A stretch of DNA of 64,000 nt from the NCBI GenBank assembly GCA_029953675.1, contig JAMWBK010000010.1, positions 806,001-870,000 on the forward strand, read 5' to 3'. The stretch comes from Rhodosorus marinus CCMP1338 (taxonomy: Eukaryota > Plantae > Rhodophyta). Of the stretch, positions 49,795 through 59,800 are shown in pieces. Made by a program: the position numbers and the translations under genes. Each line of letters opens with the position of its first letter. Positions within the stretch are counted from its first letter, which is position 1. Under the pieces are notes generated by a model, which searched no databases, had not been told where the DNA came from, and saw only the letters and a list, made by a program, of their open reading frames with translations.

Positions 49795-51870
49795 AAATTT
49801 ATTTAGGCAATTCGATACACGAGTGAGAACGTTGAATATTTAAAATACAAAAATTAGTAGCAACTATTCCCCTCCTCAGAAAAGCTCCATATTTTACTAA
49901 AATTCCCAACGAGCACTGGAAACGGAAAAAATAGACAGGAAATTTCGTCGTGTCGATTGATGTTATAAAACAATAATATTTCGAGCAGTGCTTCAAAATA
50001 TTACATAATTGCATTCATGCGGAGGATGTCAGTCCAATCAACATCAATGCCTGGTACGCGTTGATATTGAAATAAAATTGTTTTAGACAGAGCTTGTCTT
50101 TTCTGAGGTTTAATAAGTAAATTGTAGGAAAAAGCGACGTTCTAGAAATTTGTCTCATTCTAAATTTTATCCAGAACAAAGAAAATAAGTAGAAAAGGGA
50201 CTCCGCGTTGTTTGCTCTTGAAATATTTGAGTAAAAAAGGAGAAATACGTATTCTCCCTTTTTATATTAAAACTAGGATTGTATAAACGTATGGAAGTTG
50301 ATTGGCCGAAAATGGAAGTGTATTGAAACACAGCGAAATTCAATGGCTTCGCCCTCCGCAGTGGATTCAACCAATACCCTACACTCGTTCAGGTTTTTTG
50401 GTTATATTTAAGTGGATATGGACTGGCAAAAAAAATTGACCTTCTCGGTGATAAGCCTTCGTTGGAGACTGTTTATTCGCTACACCGACGGTGAGAAGTT
50501 AGTTCTGTGGGCATAATCCGAAGCATGTGGTGAAAGCTCTTGGCTGTCTGTTAAGATCACACTAAAGGGGACTGACCTCCTTTGCACTGGCGGTCGAGTG
50601 CTAGAGAAAAATTTGGCTGATAATCAGAGCAATGTGCGAACCCCAGGCCCAAATAATCCATTGCCACGGATTTGTACATAGAACCCCGGGGCGTGGATGC
50701 TGTGTGTAGGCCAAACCCCATATAGCCATCAAGAGTCAAGTGATCGTCGTCACCTTCGTTTAGTATCAGTGGAGACTGGTGTAGATTTTTTTTTTGCGCC
50801 CAGGGTGCTCAAGTCGCTTTTGGTATGCCTTACCGTATCTGAGGGCCAACTTTCGACAGAATAAAGAGAAAGGGAGGGTCCCCACGACCTAAAGCTGCAC
50901 ATTTCAAACCTCCACAATAGACACGTAAGAACCGTGCCGGGGAGAAAAGAGACTGAGCACATTCCGTCTGCACAACTGTTGTTATGTATGTCAAGAATAT
51001 GATAATGAGGCAACGTCCTCCGTTCACTTCGGAAGCACTTGGGGATCATTTGCTCATACAACGGGAGTGATGAGCCATCAAAGGCGTACCTCAGGACGTT
51101 GAAATGCTCGAAACGCCGTTGTATTCTTGGGCAGCGCATGCTCCCAGCAGAAGAGAGTCATCATCCATTCCAAGGATCTGCGTTGGTGAAAAAATATCCC
51201 TAAATGGATTCTGAAGAGTAGAAGCATGGGCCTCGTTCTGTCCCTTGGCTACCGCCGTGCGAACCATAAAATGGACGTCATGTTCTATGGATCCTTTGGA
51301 AGAGATGATTAGATGGAGAATGAGATCTTGCTTTCTGCGCGGCCGTTCAGCTGGTGCTTTGAAATTATGGTCAGGACCTTCATGTAACGCATCCGCAAAA
51401 CGACAGGCTTGAAGGTTAGTCGGAGTCTTTCAACTTACGCTGTGACTTGGGCTTCGTGGTCCCAGCTTCTACACGACGAAAGAACATTACCACCTGCCAG
51501 TCTCAGAAGGAGGCTGCAACATGCATTCGGTAGGGGTTAACTTGTGGTAAACAGGGCGGGGTGGAACTTGGTGAGAGGATCACGGTCGTGGACGTTCAAA
51601 ACAAAATGACCCACAAAGTCATGGCGTTCGCAAGGGGAATGACACAAATCATTATTCATCAAGAGACGTAGGGATGGGCGCCGCTCAGCAGCCGTAGACT
51701 TTTGAATTCAGCGTCTTCATGGGAACTCGTGAGCACGGAAGCCCATCTGATCAGCAATGAGAACTCTCTGGAAAATTCTTCATTGACTTTTTAGTTGGGC
51801 GGTAAAGACCTCCCGCCGTGTATGTCCTTTCATTATTAACGCATCAGAGATGTACAAATCTATCTACAGG

Positions 51871-54411
51871 TTAAACTTTCTTTAGAGAGCACTGGTCGAC
51901 GATTATTTTGTCGTCCTTCTTGGCTTTGACGTACATTCTGTAGAAGCCAAACCTTGGGACCGTGAACCTAACCGTAGTCCTGGTCCATTCTAGTACAGGA
52001 CAACTTTCACCCTTCCCTTCGGCCACATTCTTCCCACCGACCCTGGAAACGATGAGCATCAAAGGACCACTTCCTTTGGAGTAGCACCCAAAGACGTACC
52101 GATCTCCTTGCTCAAGTAGCAACAGCTGATACGCCCGCGCGCCTCCCCTCGGGAGCACCATACTGTACCTGCCATTCAACGGTTCTGCTTCCGAAGCAAA
52201 TGACCCCTTGTCTCTAACCCATTCATGGTTCTGCCGCTCAAAGTCCCTGTTCAGTAGGAACTCTCCACCAATCCTCTTCGGCCTTGCGGGCTCCTCAGTC
52301 TTCTTAACACTGCAAAAGTCCACAAAACCTATACTGTCCGACATGACTGTAACTGTGAACTTGTACTTGCCCAGCACTCCGAGTTCCCCGACTGTTGAGT
52401 ACGGTTCGAACTTATCAGTTACTTCCAGGTACTGTTTTCGCATCAACACCTCTGACCCACGAGTAGCTTTGAGTGACACTGGCCCATTGCCCTTGTAGCG
52501 ACATTCGAAGACGTACCATCCACTTTCGAGAACAACGTATTGAGCTACTGAGGAGTTTCCATTCGGCAGTTTTACCGAGCGCTCTCCGGAATACTTCTCA
52601 TCCTCCGAATACTCGCCTTCGCCTTGCAAAATCCAACTCAGTGAAGACGGTTCGAAATCTGGAGAGCTGAGGTAGTTCCCATAGTTGTTTGGCGATGATA
52701 AGGTCAGGTCGGGGGCTTCTGTAGGCGTCGGAGGGTTCGAGGGCGACGGTTCTAAGGAAACAGTGGGAGTCGCTGAAGCACTGGGCTCCTCGGACACAGA
52801 GGGTTCGGGTGACTCCGTTGCCTCAAGTGCCTCCTTGGCCGCTGTAGTGCCCATAGATATGAAATGTGCACTAAAGTCCTTTCGGTACTCGTCATCTGCA
52901 CTCACGAAAGCAATGATCTTGATCTCGTCTCCTTCCTGGAACTCGTCAGGCATGGGCAATTCTCCGGCAACAGTAACAAAGTCATCAGGGCCAAGTTGAG
53001 ACTCTTCGACAAAAGAGTCGATGAAGTCCAGATCTTTCCTGAAATCAGGAAGTAACTCAAGCCGAACTCTCGCGGGTACGTAGTAGAAGCTGACCACGAA
53101 CCTATCCGCTGCTTTTTGCCCTCTGTTTACCACAGATAGCTTGAACATCAGACTACCGCCACTGTGGAAAGTGGGACTCACGGAAGCCGCTTCTGATTTG
53201 GAAACGTCCTTAGGGTCAAAGTACCAAATGACATACGGGCGCAAGCTTTCCCTGGTCTCCGTCTCGATAATCTTCTCGATAGCACTTCTTCGGCTTTTCG
53301 TCACCGCCACAATGCCGCTTAAGGGGAAGCAGCAAGGGAAAACAAAAGGGCAGATGTTGTAAGAAATCACACCCCAAGTCTTGTACGTGCAGTCATCGTC
53401 GCAATTGGTCTTGAAAACGTTGGCCCCGCTATAGCCTTGGCAGTTGATAGAATCTGCCTCCCTAATAAGCTTGGAATCGTCAAAAATAACATTCCCCGTT
53501 GACTTGACCAGAGTACGGGAATCAAAATCTACTGCTGGATATCCCGAGAATGTAACCTCTTCCCCCAGCGAGGGAATAGACGTTGTGTCTCCCATAGCGC
53601 CAGCAAACGTCATCGGACGATCCAACTGGATCAAGCCAAAGTCGTACTGCAGGTCACCAAACGTTTGCACATATCCAAAGGTAAACATGTTCACTGAATG
53701 AGCAACACCGTATGGCTTCTCGCTCATCAGCACACCATCTGGATCTATGAAATCGTTCATTCCCGGAATGATAACATAACTCTTGAAGAACTTTTCCGTG
53801 TTGACGTCGTATACGCAATGAGCAGCTGTGAGTACGAAGTAGGGGTCAATCAGAGCGCCCGAGCACTCAAATTCCGTTTCTTCCAATTGCTGGGCGCCTT
53901 TGGATGCGCTGAAGTACACCTTCACAACGGATGAATCCGGAAAAGCTGGTACGCCAGGCGCTATTTCATTAAGTTCATATCTTTCGCTTGAATACAGGAA
54001 AGGGTGAGAAACTCTACTGCTCTGATTCAGCATCCTTCTTTGGCCACGAGTAGCACTATTGCGCTCAACGGTGGAGAAAGCCTTTCTAGATCCAGTTTCG
54101 GCAATATCAGGATTCTTGTCAGGTCCCTTCATACCGGGTTTGGGGTCTTCAAGTACGTCAGGCAGCCACCCAGCTTGGATTTTACTTCTGACCGCAGCAA
54201 TCGCATCCTCGGAAGGGCCCAGCGGTGACGCCTCTAGCGCTCGTTTCTGAAGCGATTTCGTTCCAATCTGCGACATCACGTGCCGGAACAGTGGATCCCT
54301 CCGCTGCCATTCGAATAGTTTTCTTCCTGTGCTCTTAGCACTTACAGTCACTGCCTGCACAGCATACAACGTCGCTAGCAGCAACACTAAGATGTACCAC
54401 ATTCGCATCAT
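51871..54411 (-). CDS. Secreted trypsin-like (S1, V8/glutamyl-endopeptidase-like) serine protease with CARDB-like domain, PST linker and two CBM-like modules, intronless
   Basis: Signal peptide; CSGALI..FVLTAAHCVYD (His), DFGLIQL (Asp), CQGYSGA (Ser); LSVVNRGQKAADRFVVSFY is CARDB-like; Pro/Ser/Thr linker; the C-terminal modules are homologous to 48150-49100. Confidence 0.85.
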   Translation of the reverse strand: MMRMWYILVLLLATLYAVQAVTVSAKSTGRKLFEWQRRDPLFRHVMSQIGTKSLQKRALEASPLGPSEDAIAAVRSKIQAGWLPDVLEDPKPGMKGPDKNPDIAETGSRKAFSTVERNSATRGQRRMLNQSSRVSHPFLYSSERYELNEIAPGVPAFPDSSVVKVYFSASKGAQQLEETEFECSGALIDPYFVLTAAHCVYDVNTEKFFKSYVIIPGMNDFIDPDGVLMSEKPYGVAHSVNMFTFGYVQTFGDLQYDFGLIQLDRPMTFAGAMGDTTSIPSLGEEVTFSGYPAVDFDSRTLVKSTGNVIFDDSKLIREADSINCQGYSGANVFKTNCDDDCTYKTWGVISYNICPFVFPCCFPLSGIVAVTKSRRSAIEKIIETETRESLRPYVIWYFDPKDVSKSEAASVSPTFHSGGSLMFKLSVVNRGQKAADRFVVSFYYVPARVRLELLPDFRKDLDFIDSFVEESQLGPDDFVTVAGELPMPDEFQEGDEIKIIAFVSADDEYRKDFSAHFISMGTTAAKEALEATESPEPSVSEEPSASATPTVSLEPSPSNPPTPTEAPDLTLSSPNNYGNYLSSPDFEPSSLSWILQGEGEYSEDEKYSGERSVKLPNGNSSVAQYVVLESGWYVFECRYKGNGPVSLKATRGSEVLMRKQYLEVTDKFEPYSTVGELGVLGKYKFTVTVMSDSIGFVDFCSVKKTEEPARPKRIGGEFLLNRDFERQNHEWVRDKGSFASEAEPLNGRYSMVLPRGGARAYQLLLLEQGDRYVFGCYSKGSGPLMLIVSRVGGKNVAEGKGESCPVLEWTRTTVRFTVPRFGFYRMYVKAKKDDKIIVDQCSLKKV

Positions 54412-57400
54412 CTTGTGATCTCAAACCACCTGAAGTTTACGAATCTACTCCCGCGTTCCTTCCAGATGCCCAGCCCCAACCGCTCAGCTTACATTCGCGT
54501 TTGTCTCACCACTACGAACTAACGTCAAACCCAACAACAGAGCCCACGAACTTCTTAACCCCTTCAAAGGTAGCACTGGTTGGTAGTTAGACCTGAACCA
54601 TTCTGAATACTAGTCCGAACGATCCCACGCGCACAAACCGAGATGTCTGATACGCATCAGGATCCCCCCAGCGAAACGGAGGATAGCGTTCAAACGCTGT
54701 ACACGGGCCCCAGGGCAATCCGAGCCTACTAATACCGAACTCCTTCCGAGTCAGAGTCTATACTGCTCCCTTCTTCACACAGCTACCGTCAGAATAAAAA
54801 CAGAACCCGCGAGGCTTCACAGAGGGCCCCAGCAGATACGCCGAAAGCGGAAAAACACTCTGCAGATTCTACCTATATCTCGTAATATCCAGCCCCTGAT
54901 TTCCCTAACCTCCTCACAACCAAACTTCACCTTGCACTATGAGTAGCCAGGAGGAACGCCCAACGTCCCGGCCAAGGGTCCTTATACGCGACCAACCAGT
55001 AAACCTTCCCGATCACAACCTACCCACACTCATCTATCCCCCCACCCCCCCCCACAGATATATACTGACCCAGCCAAAAAAAAACGCTCACACCCCCCGT
55101 TCGTCAATGCTTCCAACAAGAGAGAAAAAAAAAAATTCTGTTTACATTCTCTATTCCCACCTGTTCTGCAACCTGAAAGCTCATAACAACGATTCCGTTT
55201 ATGGGAAGGAACTTTCCTCTTCCCAACAGAAATCAACAACTATTTTGATAACCAACCCCCTTCCCTCCCCCCCCCCTTTCCCCTTCACATCCATGTTGCG
55301 CTCGAAATACCAAGGCGGTTAATACCCTGAGGTCGATTGGGAATGGGTATTTTTGGAAACGTAGTTATAAGAAGAAAGAAAAAGGAAATTCATGACTTGC
55401 GCATTTGGAAGCGGGGGGGGAGTTAGGAAAATTGTTTTTAATATCCGGGAAGACAAGTAAATATTTAGAGAAGAACATCGTGCAACAAGCAAGATGAGAA
55501 AAAAATAAAACAAAATTAATAGCCAATCTAGAAAACGTGGATTATTAATAGGTTTTGGTAGAGGACGAGACGGGTTGGATGGGCGCGCGAGACTGGAAGT
55601 ATTCTTTTCACAGAGTGGAGGTGATATTAAGGAGAAGAGGGCGGCAGGGCTAGAGGAGGGAAGGATTAGTGCGGAATATGGAATCAGAAGTGTTACAAAT
55701 ATATGCAACAAAAATATATTTGCAGTTGAAACTGGGATCTTCACCCGTCCGGATGACATTTCCCAAACCCCCCCCCCCCTAACACCCTTTCTATTATTTT
55801 TTTATAGTACGAGAACTATTCTCTGAGCAGTTAAATATATATAAAATACAAGGGTGTATCATTCCCCCCTGTTTGCTGTTTGCTGGACAAGGGGTTGTAG
55901 GGCTTACAAGAAAGAAATTTTTTTCAACCCCTGTGGGTTTTTGGATCGACTTTCTTGCTCAGTGAAATGATTATTCTGTAGCGGCTCTCGATTCGCTATA
56001 CATTTATTCATAATTTAATAAGTGTTTTACGCCATCGTTTGCCTGTATATTTGGCTGAGATGGTAAGGGGGGGGGGTAGAAGCGAAGTTGCAAGTCACTT
56101 TTTTTCCTTTTTTTTTCTCTCTCAATATCTAGTGCCAGGGGCACGAGCTTCTGAGGAGTCAAACATCCTTCTTTAGACAACTAAGACTTCATAATCATAT
56201 TTAGAAATATTTTACCAGAGTTAAGTATCATGATATAGAAAATTAGGATCAATTAATGCAGGATTCAGCTTTTGATTTACGTTCGGAGCGAGCGCTGGAC
56301 ATCTGGAATAGTATAAAAGTTTACTCCTTTTTTGGAGGGTTCTGTACTGAGCCTCAAAGTCTGCTGTCACAGCCGATTCCCAGCGGGGAGAAAAAAAAAA
56401 ATCATAAGGACCTGAAATCATCAGTTTCCTCACCAACACAAAATTTCAATAGAAATCAAAAAACATCGCGTTCCCCTCCCCAAACGTGCGGGCACTTACT
56501 CAAGGTTTACTTACAAAGAGTGCGTTTCCCAGCCTAAACGTGGTTTTGTTTCTGTTGGGAAGGGGGTAGGGAACCTACGTCATATCTCCGTAGTCAGTTA
56601 GCAATTTATTTGCGGAATATCCAATTGTGGGCGCCTGTACGAACGAACCACCCCTCCCCCACAACCGCACAACGCCACAAAAATACAACATGAGGATGAA
56701 GTTAGCCCAATCGCTGATGAGGAAACATCGAAACATGACCCAGTCCAAAGTCGTCGCGGCTATTTTAAGATATAATCTGAGTTGACCAATTAAGTGTGTG
56801 GAAAGGCTTTTTGAAGACGCGTGGAAGTACTTCATTTCAGAATCGGAGAGGCGCTCGATAATATGCACCATCAGAGAACGGACACGTGTTACAAGGAGGA
56901 GCTTTTTTTAAGTTGGTGATATCCTTGGACAATGTTGAGTTATGAGGAGAGCCGAGCCCGAAAGATGGCCAAGGGGAACCTAAGAGAGTTCATCTCTCGC
57001 ATTTAGAGCTGATCTGGGGATTAGAACTTTTCTCGCTGTTCGGTACTGCCTTCCCGTTGACTTCCTTGATGGTCCAAAGTATTCATGGTGCACTCCAGTA
57101 GGCCCCGCACGGAGTGGGTTGGGCCAACCTTCTTTGGATACACCTCATTCCGTAGTATTGTAAGTGGACCGACCACGTCAGCAGAGGTAGAGATGTTCTC
57201 ATCTCTTGAAGAAAGACACGGCATGTCTCCTGGAGTCATCTCCTTCCATAAGTAACCTCTAATGGCGCAACGGCGAGATGAAGATGGCGGATATCCCCAA
57301 CAAACAACCAAAGTACAGCACAAGAAGAGAGAGGTGCTGTTTCGAAAAGAAAAAAAATAGATTTGTCTTGGGTACCCCACCCGCCTGAGGTCTTTTTTGC

Positions 57401-57849
57401 ACCACTAACCAAGTCGTCAATTTGTTTCCTCTCAAAACCGTTTGTTGAATTTGGCCGTGCTTCAGCACTGCAATTTGAGTTTGTAAATTTGAAATCATGT
57501 ATTTAGAAAGTAATCCGTAGAATTTTTCACCAAAGAGGGTGAATGGGGGCAATGTACGTGGCTCGTCGTTCTTCCATTCTTATTGTTTCCCTACTAAGCT
57601 CACGGACGGAATCGGTCTCAGCGCCTCCCGCTCCGGCTGATACTGATGACTCGATTCGAATCTTCCTTTGACGGGTTTCGAAGTTTAATCTATTGTAAAT
57701 TGCCTCTGCTCAATTCTTTTTTCTGTTTTCATATCAAGTTCTTGAGATGAGAAAACTACGAAGAACAAATCGTTTCCTCGCTTCAACACGTTACCCGCCT
57801 CTTTTGTAGCGCTGTTGTCCCGTGGTTGTCGGGAACATTTCTGTCAACC

Positions 57850-59400
57850 ACAGACTGCGCTGCTAAACAAAGCTGAGGGAAAGGTAAGGATCCCGCTCAA
57901 CATCCTATAGTCCCTAAGGGGAGCATTCTCCGTGTAGAGGAATCTGGTGCATCGCCTTGACCACCGTGTGGACGTGGCATACCATAGCTTCCGATTGATT
58001 CCGAAAGGCTCACCTTTGCGCTCAAGATGTTGCGGAACTCTTGCTGGAAAATCTGTGGCTTCCTTTCCAGGCCTTCCAAATGCACTCCCAACAAAGTGGG
58101 CAAAAGATGAAATCATAGAGTGCTCGCCCAGAGCATCTCGATATTGGGCCCTCTTCGTTTCAGTTTGTAAACTCGCGAAAGCCGAAGATCTGGCCGCGGA
58201 TGCAGTTAATTTCGGCCCAATGGAGACGGGACACCCTACGCCAATGACATAATGTTTGACGGTGCGACAATGTTGCATCAGGATGGTGGCTTCCGTTAAA
58301 AAACTGGTCAGGTTCCACCTGAACATTACATAGATGCAAACTTGCGGAGGCAAGCTGCTAGCTCGTCATTGTGGCGAATTGTCCAGTTGCCTCAAAAGAA
58401 GGTGTAACCCCAGACAATCGAAAAGTTGTTGATGAGCTTTCTGAGTGTGTGCGGAATGGCACACGGTGCAGTCAGGAGGTAGGAGTCATTATCAATTCCT
58501 GTAGAGGGAATCCTAAGAGTAAACGAAGCCTGCACCGAAAGTTCTGGAGTTCTGAGAGCATCACGGCGCTCAATAGGTAAATCTCGTATCCAAGAGCCCA
58601 CACCCAATCCTTTAGATGCGTATGCGCCCTAAACTCGTCCTGCACATCAGAATTGTGCTCAGGTGCTTCAAAAGTCCGCGGGTGAAGGCTGGTTATCCTG
58701 ACGGGCGGCCTCCTTAAATTTGATTTGATTTCGCAGGGTGTTGAGACATCATTGAAGTGGATAACGACGTAGGGGAACCAGGCTCTGGGCACACTGTGGG
58801 CCATTCACCTTGCTCAATGTCATCCCGGAAGAGGTTTCTACATGCATGATTTCCTCCCAGCGGCCTCAAACCGGTTTTTCGTTGAAATCGTCAAAGCGGG
58901 TGACCACGCGGAAAACTCCAGCTACGATTACAAAGAAGTGGGGAGGGAAAAGCAGAATGGTTTGTTTCCATGCGTTCAGATCACGTCGAAGGCCAACGTG
59001 TTAAATTGGATCCTTGGTCCACTCCTTTCTTCACACCGCGTCATCCCATGTGGTGAAGCATTCGAAAGAGGGCAACGAGCGCTTCGTGAAAACCTATTGA
59101 TTTTGGTCAGAAGAAAGGCAGAGACCGATTTTATTTCTCTTCAATACCAGTGTTCCGTCAAGGCCTTTTCAGTTCGACTGGTTGGTGGTCAACCGGCTTT
59201 GATCCAGCACAAAAAAAACATTTCATCAATATGCCGGGCCGGTTGGAAGTTGAAAATACAGAAAAAACTTCAGCCTGTAGAGATCATTAGACCATGCGAT
59301 AGATTGTTCTTCAATCCGGCTAGCGAAACTCTCAAATCGCATCACGTCCTCATCATCCTCAGCACAACAACTCCCAAAACCACTTCCATCCAATCGTTCC
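57850..59400 (-). mobile_element. Decayed, 5'-truncated non-LTR retrotransposon with restriction-like endonuclease (CRE/R2-type)
   Basis: Across frameshifts, in the expected order: GVGSWIRDLP, FRCRLRLLLGFP, CTVC...DCLGLHLL, IRHND (58365-58379), VEP...HPD (58277-58285), YVIGV, FGRPGKEA. No RT core is visible. Confidence 0.75.
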
Positions 59401-59800
59401 TGAAGAATCAATGCAAAAGTTCTTAAAATACCTGATTACAAACGTTTGGAACAAAACTCGACGCCAAAAAACGGTGAAGCTAAGGTTTTCGAAAAGCAAG
59501 ATAAATGTACCAAAATCAGGCTAATACAGGATTTTTGTTTTTAGAAGAATATAAACCATTTTCATTTTTGACCCTTCGATTTTTTGTGCTCTTCAGGACA
59601 CCGTTCGTGAGCAGCTTCTGGCTTGTAGAGCCTGCTTTGCTCATGGCTATGGAGTGTTAATAAGGCCGTATCATATACATACCGATCTTTCCTTTGCTTA
59701 ACACCGTCCACCGCTTCTGTTTGAACCTGTTTCTGTGAATGTTGGATGGACACTAAAATCCCCTTTTTTGATGTAATTTGTGATGTCAGTTTCCGGCTAG

